DNA of 60,429 nt from Chitinophagaceae bacterium (GCA_030053935.1 JASGCU010000006.1:1-60429); one strand, 5' to 3'. Counted from the stretch's first letter, positions 1 through 10,144 are shown. Notes: generated by a model not told the origin, from the sequence alone. Made by a program: numbers and translations.

Positions 1-116
1 TGAAAATCATATAAATATATGTATTTTTGCAAGTAATAAAAAATGTATAGTATGAGCAATGAAAAGCATAAAAAAACAGGTAAAAATGGGATGTTGGATT
101 CGGAGTTTATTCAACA

Positions 117-214
117 AGAGGGGTTCTAAAAATTAAAATCCTCAAGACTGTATCCCTTAAAAATCAATAGTTACCAACACTTTTTTTTGAATGCATCAAT
201 TTTTAGAACCCTCC
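117..214. mobile_element. MITE-like element, family 1, copy 1 (~98 bp)
   Basis: Left end AGAGGGGTTCTAAAAATT (117-134) is the reverse complement of right end AATTTTTAGAACCCTCC (198-214). The interior aligns in reverse orientation with 21452-21548 and in the same orientation with the shorter 44113-44184. Confidence 0.75.
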
Positions 215-574
215 TAATATAATTCCGTGATTTCCATTTTTTGAATATTTTATACAAATGTACTAATTATTCATCTGTTCATAACAATTTTTAATAAGAT
301 GCTAAATAGTTACGATTATTTTAATTATAGAAAAGATAAAATTATTTTTTTAAACAAACATACGGAGAGGTATTCAAATAAAAAGGAATATTTTGTATAA
401 TAAAAATAATTTTTTAAGAAGTGTATTTTGAAATTGTAGAAAAGATATTATTTATTTTATAAAATGGTATTTATTAAACAAAAAAACAAGAAAGAGATAT
501 TCCAAAAAATAATTATACATTACACAAAACTATCAAGAAAACAAAATACTATATTCTTAAATCATCTAAAAATT

Positions 575-1801
575 ATGCAAGAGCAAAAAATAACATTAGA
601 AAGAGGAAAAATACAAGTTCCAAACGAACCTGTAATACCGTTTATTGAAGGGGATGGAACGGGAGCAGATATATGGGCAGCATCACAAAGAGTATTTGAT
701 GCCGCAGTAAAAAAAGCATATAAAGGGTCTAAAAAAGTAATGTGGAAAGAAGTCCTTGCGGGAGAAAAATCATTTAAAAAAAATGGTAATTGGTTACCCG
801 AAGAAACTTTACAGAGCTTTAAAAACTACTTAGTAGGAATAAAAGGTCCACTTACTACCCCTGTAGGAGGAGGAATTAGATCATTAAATGTAGCATTACG
901 ACAAGAATTAGATCTATATGCATGTGTTCGACCTGTCCGATGGTTCAAAGGCGTTCCATCACCTGTCCGTCATCCCGAACTGACAGATATGGTTATTTTT
1001 AGAGAAAATACAGAAGATATTTATGCAGGTATAGAGTTTCAAATGGGAACAGAAGATAATAAAAAAATAAAAAATTATCTGAAAGAAAATTTCCCAAAAA
1101 TGTATGGAAAAATACGATTCCCAGAAACCTCAGGAATAGGCATAAAACCCGTTTCTAAAGAAGGAACAGAAAGATTAATACGATCTGCTATAGAATACGC
1201 ATTTATACATAAAAAACCTTCTGTCACTATCGTTCATAAAGGAAATATTATGAAGTTTACCGAAGGAAGCTTTTGTGAATGGGGATATTCCTTAGTAAAA
1301 TCAGAATACAAAGCAAAAGACTACGAAGGAGGACCTTGGCAGGTCATTGAAAAAAATAATCATAAAATCATTATAAAAGATAGCATAGCAGATGCATTCT
1401 TACAACAAATTCTTTTAAGACCTAATGAATACTCTGTAGTTGCTACACTGAATCTCAACGGTGATTATATTTCCGATGCACTCGCTGCTATCGTAGGAGG
1501 AATAGGAATTGCACCTGGAGCAAACATTAACTATTTAACAGGCCATGCAATTTTTGAAGCCACCCATGGCACTGCCCCTAAATACGCAGGACAAGATAAA
1601 GTAAATCCAGGATCTGTTATTCTATCCGGTGCCCTCATGTTTGAATATATGGGATGGAAAGAAGTATCAGACCTCATCATAAAAGGATTAGAAACTACGA
1701 TTGATTCTAAAAAAGTTACTTATGACTTTGAACGTTTGATGGAAAAAGCAACCCTCCTAAAATGCTCAGAATTCGGTGATGAAATTATAAAAAATATGTA
1801 A
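575..1801 (+). CDS. icd: NADP-dependent isocitrate dehydrogenase
   Basis: ORF 464..1801 carries prokaryotic Icd-type motifs [42 protein letters not shown] and HGTAPKYAG. Start moved to ATG 575 ([16 protein letters not shown]) because the 37-aa upstream extension is K/I-rich low complexity. Confidence 0.92.
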   Translation: MQEQKITLERGKIQVPNEPVIPFIEGDGTGADIWAASQRVFDAAVKKAYKGSKKVMWKEVLAGEKSFKKNGNWLPEETLQSFKNYLVGIKGPLTTPVGGGIRSLNVALRQELDLYACVRPVRWFKGVPSPVRHPELTDMVIFRENTEDIYAGIEFQMGTEDNKKIKNYLKENFPKMYGKIRFPETSGIGIKPVSKEGTERLIRSAIEYAFIHKKPSVTIVHKGNIMKFTEGSFCEWGYSLVKSEYKAKDYEGGPWQVIEKNNHKIIIKDSIADAFLQQILLRPNEYSVVATLNLNGDYISDALAAIVGGIGIAPGANINYLTGHAIFEATHGTAPKYAGQDKVNPGSVILSGALMFEYMGWKEVSDLIIKGLETTIDSKKVTYDFERLMEKATLLKCSEFGDEIIKNM

Positions 1802-1807
1802 CCCCAT

Positions 1808-1840
1808 AAAAGTGAGGGATGAAAAACCCTCACTTTTTTA
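1808..1840 (+). terminator. Rho-independent terminator after icd
   Basis: Stem AGTGAGGG (1811-1818) pairs with CCCTCACT (1827-1834) around an 8-nt loop, followed by a T-run (1834-1839). It starts 7 nt after the icd stop. Confidence 0.7.
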
Positions 1841-1863
1841 CCAATGAAATACAAAGAAATTAC

Positions 1864-3129
1864 ATGGGAATAGTAAATTTATACATGCCCAAAATGGGTG
1901 AAAGCATAATGGAGGGAACCATTTTAAGATGGTTAAAAAAAATAGGAGATACAATAGAATTAGACGAACCCGTCTTAGAAGTAGCTACTGACAAAGTAGA
2001 TACCGAAATACCATCGACACAAGCAGGGGTACTTACAAAAATTTTAGCCACAGAAGGACAAGTAGTCCCTATAGGATCTATAATAGCACATATAGAATCT
2101 ATCAAAGACATCCGCCCTGAAAAAACAACAAATACTCCCACTGCTCATATAGAAATACCCTCCTTAAAAGGAAAAATAAATCTCACCATAGAACCCCCTA
2201 TTCAAAATACCAAAAAAAGTAATAGATTCTACTCCCCATTAGTTATAACTATTGCCAAACAAGAAGGTATAAGCATGGAAGAACTGGAAAATATTACAGG
2301 CAGCGGTGCAGAAAAAAGAGTCACTAAAAATGATATACTTCGTTATATAGAACAAAAAAAAAATACTCACATACCTACCGAAGAAAAAAAAATAAATCCT
2401 ATAAAAGTTACTTTTAGTGGATCCGACGAAATCATAGAAATGGACAGAATGCGACAAATAATAGCAGAAAGAATGTTGAGCAGTAAACGTATAAGCCCTC
2501 ACGTTACCTCTTTTGTAGAAGCAGATGTTACAAATATTGTTCTTTGGAGAGAAAAAAACAAAAAAATATTCCAAGAAAAATACAACGAACCCCTTACCTA
2601 CACTCCTCTATTTTTAGAAGCAGTAATAAAAGCCATAAAAGATTTCCCCCTTGTAAATATATCTGTGGATGGTAATAAAATCATCAAAAAAAAATCTATA
2701 CATATTGGTCTAGCTGTAGCACTTCCAACAGGAAATCTCATAGTTCCCGTTCTAAAAAATGCAGATAGGTTAAACCTATTAGGACTTGTAGAAGCAGTGA
2801 ATGACATTGCTCAAAGATCTCGAGAAAATAAACTGAAACCCGAAGATTTGACAGATGGAACGTATACCGTATCCAATGTGGGGAATTTTGGAAGCATTAT
2901 GGGAACGCCTATTATAGTACAACCACAAGTGGCTATTCTTGCTCTCGGTGCCATTCGTAAAAAACCAGCTGTTATAGAAACACCCCATGGCGATTTTATT
3001 GGAATCAGACATCAAATGTTTCTAAGCCATAGCTATGACCACAGAGTAATTGATGGAGCTTTAGGAAGTTCTTTTGCCAAAAGAGTTTCTGAATATTTAG
3101 AAAATTTTAATACAAGTCAGAAAATATAA
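1864..3129 (+). CDS. 2-oxo acid dehydrogenase E2 component (dihydrolipoyl acyltransferase)
   Basis: Lipoyl domain (PKMGESIMEGTI...EVATDKVDTEIPS), E3-binding domain (SPLVITIAKQEGISMEELENITGSGAEKRVTKNDI) and catalytic domain with SHSYDHRVIDGA. Start moved from 1819 to ATG 1864 (ATG 1885 also possible) because 1819 lies in the loop of the icd terminator hairpin. Confidence 0.9.
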   Translation: MGIVNLYMPKMGESIMEGTILRWLKKIGDTIELDEPVLEVATDKVDTEIPSTQAGVLTKILATEGQVVPIGSIIAHIESIKDIRPEKTTNTPTAHIEIPSLKGKINLTIEPPIQNTKKSNRFYSPLVITIAKQEGISMEELENITGSGAEKRVTKNDILRYIEQKKNTHIPTEEKKINPIKVTFSGSDEIIEMDRMRQIIAERMLSSKRISPHVTSFVEADVTNIVLWREKNKKIFQEKYNEPLTYTPLFLEAVIKAIKDFPLVNISVDGNKIIKKKSIHIGLAVALPTGNLIVPVLKNADRLNLLGLVEAVNDIAQRSRENKLKPEDLTDGTYTVSNVGNFGSIMGTPIIVQPQVAILALGAIRKKPAVIETPHGDFIGIRHQMFLSHSYDHRVIDGALGSSFAKRVSEYLENFNTSQKI

Positions 3130-3164
3130 CCATACTATCTTGAGTTACTATCATTGGGTTCTCA

Positions 3165-3545
3165 ATGTTTTTTTTCGTAACTACTTGGAATATTATTATG
3201 AAAACATATAGTATTTATTTCCTAGTTACTTTTTTTCTATTAGGATTATCTTTTCTGATACATCTTTTTATAACAGATGCTCTTGTTATGAGGTATCAAT
3301 TTTCTTTTTTGGGATTTTTTCTCATACAATCTCTTTTATTAGAATTTATAAACAATACATTGTTTAAGCACCAAGCTATACAAGAAATAATATTCTCTTT
3401 TATTTTTAGAATCAGTACCTCTTTCTTTTTTTTAGTTCTCTTTCATGTATTTTTTTCAATTATTGATAAAAAGTATATTATTTTTTTTGTAATTTACTAC
3501 CTTATTTATTTTTTTGCAAAAAAAATAAAAAAAAAACTACTTTAG
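3165..3545 (+). CDS. small polytopic membrane protein upstream of atpB (possible AtpI-like accessory protein)
   Basis: 126-aa ORF with about 4 hydrophobic segments, same strand and immediately 5' of atpB. No recognisable motif, so the call rests on position only; the start could be ATG 3198. Confidence 0.4.
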   Translation: MFFFVTTWNIIMKTYSIYFLVTFFLLGLSFLIHLFITDALVMRYQFSFLGFFLIQSLLLEFINNTLFKHQAIQEIIFSFIFRISTSFFFLVLFHVFFSIIDKKYIIFFVIYYLIYFFAKKIKKKLL

Positions 3546-3596
3546 CAAATCATTTATGAGTTAATAATTTTTTTATTTAAAACGAAACAGCAGAAA

Positions 3597-4607
3597 GTGA
3601 CAAAAAAAATACTACTTATCCTTTTCATATTACTATTATGTACATCTATCAATACCTTTGCTATTACAGCAAAAGATACCACTGATAATACTTTCAATCC
3701 TGGAGATCTTATCTTTCATCATATTTTAGATTCACATATTATACATATATGGGAAGGGGAATATGGGACTCTCTACCTTCCTGTAATCCTTTATTCTGAT
3801 GATAGGGGGATAGAGATATTTTCCAGTTCTCACTTTTATAGTAATCACAAGCCAACAGAAGAATATAAAGGATATGTATTAGAACACGAACATATATATT
3901 CTCGAGAAGAAGGAAGAAAAATTATAGATTTTTCTTTTACCAAAAATGTGTTTTTTCTGTTCCTAAATGTCATAATATTGTTCACCATTTTACTTACAGT
4001 AGCAAAAGCATATAATAAAAGGTCAATCCAAGCCCCCAAAGGATTACAAGCACTTATAGAACCAATAATAGTATTTATAAGAGATGAAGTAGTAAAACCC
4101 AATATTGGAAATAAGTATGAAAAATACTTACCTTACATGCTTACCCTCTTTTTTTTTATATGGGGAGGCAATATATTAGGACTTTTCCCCGGTGCAGGTA
4201 ATTTTACAGGAAACATAGCAGTAACATTATCACTTGCGTTGATAACATTTATTATGACAAATTTGAGTGGGAATAAATCCTATTGGGGACATATATTTTT
4301 AGCACCGGGTGTCCCATTTCTCATAAAAATATTTATTGTGCCGGTAGAAATAATAGGAATTTTTACCAAACCTATATCTTTAATGATTCGTTTGTTCGTA
4401 GCTATTACAGCAGGTCATATAGTAATGTTATCTCTTTTTTCTTTAATATTTATTTTTGAAAGCTATACGGTAGGGTTTGGAGCTACTTTAGTTCTAATAT
4501 TTATAAACTGTATAGAGTTCTTAGTGGCAACCCTTCAGGCGTATGTTTTCACCCTTTTTTCATCACTTTATATAGGACTGGCAACACAAGAACCAGAACA
4601 CCATTAA
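3597..4607 (+). CDS. atpB: F0F1 ATP synthase subunit a
   Basis: GTG start. The C-terminal half has the subunit-a pattern including the conserved Arg helix (SLMIRLFVAITAGHIV). Long N-terminal extension with a signal-like segment, as in Bacteroidota atpB. Confidence 0.88.
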   Translation: MTKKILLILFILLLCTSINTFAITAKDTTDNTFNPGDLIFHHILDSHIIHIWEGEYGTLYLPVILYSDDRGIEIFSSSHFYSNHKPTEEYKGYVLEHEHIYSREEGRKIIDFSFTKNVFFLFLNVIILFTILLTVAKAYNKRSIQAPKGLQALIEPIIVFIRDEVVKPNIGNKYEKYLPYMLTLFFFIWGGNILGLFPGAGNFTGNIAVTLSLALITFIMTNLSGNKSYWGHIFLAPGVPFLIKIFIVPVEIIGIFTKPISLMIRLFVAITAGHIVMLSLFSLIFIFESYTVGFGATLVLIFINCIEFLVATLQAYVFTLFSSLYIGLATQEPEHH

Positions 4608-4623
4608 TTTTTTTTTTTATTAA

Positions 4624-4920
<297 letters not shown>

Positions 4921-4966
4921 AAAAGGATTTATACCCTATCTGATTATGTATCGGTTTTGATTATCT

Positions 4967-5443
4967 ATGAAAAAAATAATATTACTCCCAATTATATCTT
5001 TTGGAATACTTTTCTTAGGGAATGCACAATCATCAAAAAAATATTCTACTCGTGAAGATCTTATTATTTCTTTACTCATAGAAAATAACAAACAAATAAC
5101 AGATATACGTAAAGAAATGGTAGATATGCGTAAAGAAATGGTAGATATGCGTAAAGAATTCCAACAGCAAAGAGAAGCAGATCGTAAAGAATTCCAACAG
5201 CAAAGAGAAGCAGATCGTAAAGAATTCAAGCAAGATATAGGTAGTTTAGAATCCAAGATGGATAATATTATATTATATATCTTTGGTACTTTATTTTTAG
5301 GGATAATAGGTTTTTTTACCAGTATGTTTAAAGAAGAACTCAAACCGCGTATAAAACGGTTTTTTTCTATGCATAAAACATCCGAAGTAAAAACATCTAT
5401 TGAGCATACAATAGATCCAAAATTAGTAACTTCACTGAGTTGA
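4967..5443 (+). CDS. signal-peptide / tandem-repeat coiled-coil / C-terminal TM protein, unknown function
   Basis: 158-aa ORF between atpE and atpF. N-terminal signal (MKKIILLPIISFGILFLGNAQ), repeats DMRKEMV x3 and RKEFQQQREAD x2-3, hydrophobic segment IILYIFGTLFLGIIGFFTSMF. Confidence 0.6.
   Translation: MKKIILLPIISFGILFLGNAQSSKKYSTREDLIISLLIENNKQITDIRKEMVDMRKEMVDMRKEFQQQREADRKEFQQQREADRKEFKQDIGSLESKMDNIILYIFGTLFLGIIGFFTSMFKEELKPRIKRFFSMHKTSEVKTSIEHTIDPKLVTSLS
5102..5228 (+). repeat. in-frame tandem repeats (21-bp unit x ~2.7, then 33-bp unit x ~2.4)
   Basis: The unit GATATGCGTAAAGAAATGGTA recurs from 5102. CGTAAAGAATTCCAACAGCAAAGAGAAGCAGAT occurs twice with perfect identity (5150-5182, 5183-5215), followed by a partial third copy. 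Confidence 0.9.
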
Positions 5444-5543
5444 GAGAGTACTTGTTTTTTTATTTTATTTTACAAGTAATCTTTCACCATATTTTAAAAC
5501 ACAACATTATTTATTATTAACATTATTATTTCATTAAACATAT

Positions 5544-6035
5544 ATGGAATTATTAACACCAGGCATAGGTTTATTTTTTTGGCAGAGTGTTGTTTTCCTG
5601 TCTTTTTTTATCCTATCACTCCGTTTTGTATGGAAACCAATAACTACTTCTTTGAAAGAGAGAGAGACATTTATAGAAACATCACTCAGAAAAGCAGAAC
5701 AAGCAAAAAAAGAAAGTGAAGAACTTTCTTTAGAAAAACAAAAATATCTCCATGATATAAAAATAAAAGAAGAAAAAATTTTGAAAGAAGCAAAAGAACA
5801 TGGAAATAAATACATAGAAGAAGCAAAAGCAAAAGCAAAAAAAGAATCAGAAAAAATAATAGAAGAAGCAAAAATAACCATAGAGCAACAAAAACAAGCA
5901 GCTTTTCGGCAGGTTCATAACCAGATAGCCACTTTAGTTATGGATGTTTCCGAAAAAATAGTAAAAGAACACATAACAAAAGATACAAATCAAGAAAAAC
6001 TTATAGAGAAGTACATACAAAACGCTCAATTATAA
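5544..6035 (+). CDS. atpF: F0F1 ATP synthase subunit b
   Basis: 163 aa with a single N-terminal TM helix, then a long K/E/A-rich helix. Located between atpE and atpH. Confidence 0.85.
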   Translation: MELLTPGIGLFFWQSVVFLSFFILSLRFVWKPITTSLKERETFIETSLRKAEQAKKESEELSLEKQKYLHDIKIKEEKILKEAKEHGNKYIEEAKAKAKKESEKIIEEAKITIEQQKQAAFRQVHNQIATLVMDVSEKIVKEHITKDTNQEKLIEKYIQNAQL

Positions 6036-6038
6036 AAT

Positions 6039-6587
6039 ATGGCTTTTGAAAGAAGAGTAGCACATCGCTACGCTAAAACAATATTAGAAATTTCCTACGA
6101 ACAAAAAAATGTAGAATCTGTAAAACAAGATATGATGTTGTTACATGAAACATGCTACCGAAATCCAGATTTTGTTACTATGCTAAAAAACCCTACTGTT
6201 TTTAATTCAAAAAAAATAGAAATAATCAAAAACATATTTCAAAACAAAATGCATCCGCTCACCATCTCTCTTTTTGAAATTATGTCAAAGAAAAGGAGAG
6301 AAAATGTGATACCTTTTATGAGAGATGCATTTTTTAAACAGTATTATGAAATAGAAAATATTGTTCGGGTAGAAATCACCACTCCTGTTTCACTTTCTGA
6401 TGCAATCAGAAATGCCCTCTCTCTCCGATTAAAAAATTTCTCCTATACAAATAAAAAAAAGATACATATCGTAGAATCTCTAGATACTTCTCTTATAGGA
6501 GGATTTACATTAGAAGTAGATGAGTATTTTTTAGATGAAAGTGTTAAAAATAAAATGCACCGTTTGCGAAAAAATTTACTTGCATAA
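6039..6587 (+). CDS. atpH: F0F1 ATP synthase subunit delta (OSCP)
   Basis: 182 aa starting 4 nt after atpF. N-terminal RYAKTILEIS and C-terminal LIGGFTLEVDEYFLDESVKNKM are typical of OSCP/delta. Confidence 0.85.
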   Translation: MAFERRVAHRYAKTILEISYEQKNVESVKQDMMLLHETCYRNPDFVTMLKNPTVFNSKKIEIIKNIFQNKMHPLTISLFEIMSKKRRENVIPFMRDAFFKQYYEIENIVRVEITTPVSLSDAIRNALSLRLKNFSYTNKKKIHIVESLDTSLIGGFTLEVDEYFLDESVKNKMHRLRKNLLA

Positions 6588-6613
6588 GATTAAAAATTAA
6601 CATATAGTATAGA

Positions 6614-7588
6614 ATGAAAGCACTTCTTTGCAAAAAAACGGGGGGTATATTCGATTTAGTTTTGGAAGAAAATACGCTCCGATCTTTAGAAAGCAAAGAA
6701 ATTTTGATACAAGTGGAAGCATGTGGGGTTAATTTTCCAGATCTTTTATTAGTAGAAGGAAAATATCAAGTGAAACCATCTTTTCCTTTTTCACCAGGAG
6801 CAGAGGTAATGGGAACAATAAAAAAAATTGGAAACGGAGTAGAGATGTTTCAGATAGGGGACAGAGTTGTTTCTGGTACTATTTTTGGAGGATACTCCGA
6901 AGAAGTTATTGGAAATGAAAATAATACTTTTTTTGTCCCTAAAAATATGAATCCTATTGTTGCCTCCGCAAGTTTACTTACTTATTCAACTGCCTATCAT
7001 GCTTTAGTGGATAGAGCTTCTCTTCAAAAAAAAGAAACCGTTCTTATATTAGGAGCATCGGGTGGAGTAGGAACTGCCGCTATTCAAATCGCTCATCATT
7101 TAGGGGCTACTGTTATAGCTGTGACTTCTTCATCAGAAAAAGCATCTTTTTGCAAACAACAAGGTGCAGATTATGTCTTTCATTCAGAGCCGGGCAACAT
7201 CAAAGAAAATATTGCAGAAATAACGCATAAAAAAGGAATCGATATAGTATACGATCCTGTAGGTGGCGAATTAGCAGAATTATATGTAAGAACTTTAGGA
7301 TGGAACGGAAGATATTTGATAATAGGATTTACAGGGGGAGAAATACCTAAAATACCTCTCAATTTACCTCTTTTAAAAGGCGCTTCTTTAGTAGGTGTGT
7401 ATTGGTCAGGTCTTGTAAAAAATGATCCCGCAAAAAACAGAAAAAATTATGCGTTACTTACCAATTGGTTTGAAAAAAAAGCCATCTATCCCACTGTAAC
7501 AAAGACATATTCTTTAGCAGAATCTCCTTACGCTCTCTCTGATTTGCAACAAAGAAAAATCATGGGAAAAGCAGTTATAGTGGTGTAG
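6614..7588 (+). CDS. NADPH:quinone oxidoreductase-like medium-chain dehydrogenase/reductase
   Basis: GroES-like N-terminal domain (VEACGVNFPDLLLVEGKY), Rossmann motif GASGGVGTAAIQIA. 324 aa. Confidence 0.85.
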   Translation: MKALLCKKTGGIFDLVLEENTLRSLESKEILIQVEACGVNFPDLLLVEGKYQVKPSFPFSPGAEVMGTIKKIGNGVEMFQIGDRVVSGTIFGGYSEEVIGNENNTFFVPKNMNPIVASASLLTYSTAYHALVDRASLQKKETVLILGASGGVGTAAIQIAHHLGATVIAVTSSSEKASFCKQQGADYVFHSEPGNIKENIAEITHKKGIDIVYDPVGGELAELYVRTLGWNGRYLIIGFTGGEIPKIPLNLPLLKGASLVGVYWSGLVKNDPAKNRKNYALLTNWFEKKAIYPTVTKTYSLAESPYALSDLQQRKIMGKAVIVV

Positions 7589-7715
7589 CTTTTTCATACA
7601 TCTTTTTTAAGATACTATTGTTACTTTTACACAAAAGTCCACAAAAAAGGCATAAAATACACAAAGTAAATACAAAACACATAATTCCTCCCCAATTCAT
7701 AACTCATGATTATTT

Positions 7716-8924
7716 ATGAACATCTTTTCTTTTTTCAAATCCACATATACCCTTTATAAACAAGCATATTCGGGATTGTCTCCTGATTCTTGGGTATTAG
7801 CTTTGGTAATGCTTATTAATAGAAGCGGTAGTATGGTGGTCCCTTTTATGAGTGTTTATTTTAAAGAAAAACTTGGCTTCGGGTGGTTTGAACTTACTAT
7901 TCTTATGACCTTATGGGGTTTAGGATCTATGGGAGGGGTATTGCTCGGAGGTTGGATTACAGATAAAATAGGACATTTTTGGGTGCAGGTTTATAGCTTA
8001 GTTTTAGGCGGAATATGTTTATTTTTATTAGCATTTCCGCAGAATTTCTATTTTTTAGGAGGTGGTGTTTTCATCACCAGTATTGTTTTAGATTGTTTTA
8101 GACCCGCAAATGGTGTTTCTGTTATTGCATACGTGCAAAAAAAAGAAGACATAACCCGTACTTTTAGTTTGAACAGAATGGCTATCAATTTGGGCTACAC
8201 CATCGCTCCCATATTGGGTGGAATAATAAGTTCTTATTCATTTCATTGGCTGTTTATAATAGATGGGATTACCTCTGTGATTGCAGGAGGGTATTTGTTT
8301 TATTATTTTAGAAATAAAAAAAGTTCTCCATTACCTTTCAAAGAAGAAACAGCACCAAAACGAGATATGCTCTCTGATGTTCCATTTCTGGTGTTTCTTT
8401 TTTGTATTGTGTGTTTTGCAAGTATTTTTTTTCAAATCTTTACCACTCTCCCTCTGTATTATAAAGAAATATACCATTTAGACGAAAGTGAAATTGGTCT
8501 TCTTATAGGGCTGAACGGACTTATTGTTTTTTTGTTTGAGATGGTTTTGGTGCAATACATTAAAAATAAAACCTCCCTTATTTTTCCTATCCTGATAGGA
8601 TGCTTATTGAATGGCATTTCCTTTTTGGTTCTTACCCTTTTTGAAGGGCGTATCATTTTGTATATATCTACTGTTCTTATTAGTTTTGCAGAGATTGGGG
8701 CTTTTCCTTTTATGCTTACGTATATAACGCACTATTCGGATGCTAAAAACAGAGGTATGGCGATGGGTTTTTACTCTTTTGCATTTTCACTTGCTTATAT
8801 ACTTTCTCCTGTGGTTGGGAATTTTATTATAGCACATTACGGATTTTCCCTTTTGTGGTATATTTCTTTTTTTGCCTCAATAATTTTGGTTATTGGGTTT
8901 AAAAAAAGCATGAAAGATATATAA
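7716..8924 (+). CDS. MFS transporter
   Basis: 402 aa with about 12 hydrophobic segments in a 6+6 arrangement around a central charged loop (RNKKSSPLPFKEETAPKRD). Confidence 0.75.
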   Translation: MNIFSFFKSTYTLYKQAYSGLSPDSWVLALVMLINRSGSMVVPFMSVYFKEKLGFGWFELTILMTLWGLGSMGGVLLGGWITDKIGHFWVQVYSLVLGGICLFLLAFPQNFYFLGGGVFITSIVLDCFRPANGVSVIAYVQKKEDITRTFSLNRMAINLGYTIAPILGGIISSYSFHWLFIIDGITSVIAGGYLFYYFRNKKSSPLPFKEETAPKRDMLSDVPFLVFLFCIVCFASIFFQIFTTLPLYYKEIYHLDESEIGLLIGLNGLIVFLFEMVLVQYIKNKTSLIFPILIGCLLNGISFLVLTLFEGRIILYISTVLISFAEIGAFPFMLTYITHYSDAKNRGMAMGFYSFAFSLAYILSPVVGNFIIAHYGFSLLWYISFFASIILVIGFKKSMKDI

Positions 8925-9050
8925 ATGAGTCATCTTATGCAAAAAATATATTCAAAAAATATATTTTGGATTGTTAATGAGTATCTGCAAAAAAGATATT
9001 AAAACCTTGATTAGTAAATAGATTCCATATACTATTAATAGATGAATGTA

Positions 9051-9593
9051 TTATATTTTTGCTAATTTTAAAAGTTCGTTTGTAGTTTTCCAATTGCGAG
9101 TTGTCGCTATTACTTTCAATTTAGTTTCTAAGTAATGATTGTTAAGTTTAGTTTTTCCGTATCCATTTGGGCAATACAGATAAATAGCTTGGGGCGTACA
9201 TTTAATTTCTTCGTTTTCTTGTTTTTTCTCTGTAATGCTTTCTTGGTCAAGTAGTGCTGGACGGTCTGCTAAAAAAGTAACGTGTAAAAACGAAATGTCT
9301 TTCAACTTGTCTTTTGTGAATGGATTGTTCTCAATAATAGTTTCCAAAGTTTCTACGTTCAAAACAATTACAGGAACTTCAAAGCCAAAATCGATTTTAA
9401 TTTGTGATGAGATTGTTTTCTCAATTTTTTTGTAATCCTTTTCTTTTGATAAAAAAATGACGTTTCCACTTTGAATATAAGTTTGTATATTTTCAAAGTG
9501 TAGGTTTTCATACATTTTTTTTAGATAATCCATTTTGATTAATTTCTGTCCACTTACGTTTATACCTCTTAAAATTGAAATGTATGTTATCAT
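9051..9593 (-). CDS. DUF1697 family protein
   Basis: N-terminus MITYISILRGINVSGQKLIKM and a length of 180 aa fit DUF1697. Confidence 0.7.
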   Translation of the reverse strand: MITYISILRGINVSGQKLIKMDYLKKMYENLHFENIQTYIQSGNVIFLSKEKDYKKIEKTISSQIKIDFGFEVPVIVLNVETLETIIENNPFTKDKLKDISFLHVTFLADRPALLDQESITEKKQENEEIKCTPQAIYLYCPNGYGKTKLNNHYLETKLKVIATTRNWKTTNELLKLAKI

Positions 9594-9685
9594 TTGTTGT
9601 ATTCAATATTTCCTGCGTTTTGGATTGCTTTCTGCTAACAGGGGCAACTGCTCTTGTAATGAATGTTTTTACTTATGTAATGATT

Positions 9686-10144
9686 TTATGATAATTTTGA
9701 GAGCAGGACTATTTGCCCTAAATGATAACAATCGTGTTGTATGATACCTTGAATATGCTCATAATAGGTCATATTATTTATAGGATATGTTTTTTCCAGG
9801 TCTTCGTCTTTGATATTTTTTAAAAATTCAATCCATTTTTTTTGTGTGATTTCTAATTGTATCAAAGTATTTTTCCACTCCTCATCGGAGTTAGATTTTA
9901 TTTCTTGAACATAATTATGGTAAGGTGTTTTTATGATTTCTCCTTGTAACCTCTGAAGAACATTTTCTTTCCAACAGATGAGATGGTTTGTTATTTCCCA
10001 GATAGAATTACAATTGGGAAGAATTCTTTTTGATACCTGTGCTGCTGTCAGTTTTTGTAAGCTAGAAATAATATTTACATCTATCCATGGATTACCATTA
10101 TACAGGTTTTGAAATAGTGTTACGAGACGTTTTGATTCTGTCAT
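9686..10144 (-). CDS. DinB-superfamily protein
   Basis: 152 aa, helical-bundle pattern with spaced His residues (ITNHLICW ... IIQHDCYHLGQI). Confidence 0.65.
   Translation of the reverse strand: MTESKRLVTLFQNLYNGNPWIDVNIISSLQKLTAAQVSKRILPNCNSIWEITNHLICWKENVLQRLQGEIIKTPYHNYVQEIKSNSDEEWKNTLIQLEITQKKWIEFLKNIKDEDLEKTYPINNMTYYEHIQGIIQHDCYHLGQIVLLSKLS

Noticed and set aside
117-214. TA target-site duplication for family-1 MITEs (IS630/mariner-like signature)
   Set aside because: TA follows the CTCC end in copies 1, 3 and 4. The opposite flanks (…ACA|AGAGGGG, …TAA|AGATGGG, …AAA|TGAGGGG) do not show a matching TA, so a duplication cannot be asserted from these four copies.
464-574. 37-codon N-terminal extension of the icd ORF in the six-frame track
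   Set aside because: The K/I/N-rich low-complexity sequence ([20 protein letters not shown]…) does not resemble Icd N-termini. The internal ATG at 575 gives a protein of normal length starting just before the conserved [10 protein letters not shown] region.
1819-1863. Track start codon of the E2 acyltransferase ORF at 1819
   Set aside because: The ATG at 1819 sits in the loop of the icd terminator hairpin (1811-1834). The lipoyl domain consensus begins at MPKMGES, so a downstream start (1864 or 1885) is far more plausible.
1860-3015. Antisense ORFs 1860..2141, 2239..2574, 2598..2807 and 2779..3015 opposite the E2 gene
   Set aside because: These are shadow ORFs fully inside a well-supported gene. 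Their translations are low-complexity (F/Y/I-rich) with no motifs.
5102-5228. Possible CRISPR-like or regulatory direct repeats
   Set aside because: The repeats are contiguous with no spacers, in frame, and multiples of 3 bp (21 and 33). They are coding tandem repeats. No CRISPR array was seen anywhere in the window.
4936-5343. 135-aa minus-strand ORF overlapping the tandem-repeat gene
   Set aside because: It is open only because the repeats are stop-free on both strands, giving repetitive SLRSASLCCWN/SLRISTI translations. It has no start context and runs opposite to the atp operon. The plus-strand ORF has a signal peptide and TM helix and is preferred.
7686-7700. Recurrent AATTCATAA(C/T)T motif (also near 13514, 35316 and 35333) as a possible regulatory box
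   Set aside because: It is a short AT-rich word seen only four times in mixed orientations relative to genes. Chance occurrence in this composition cannot be excluded.
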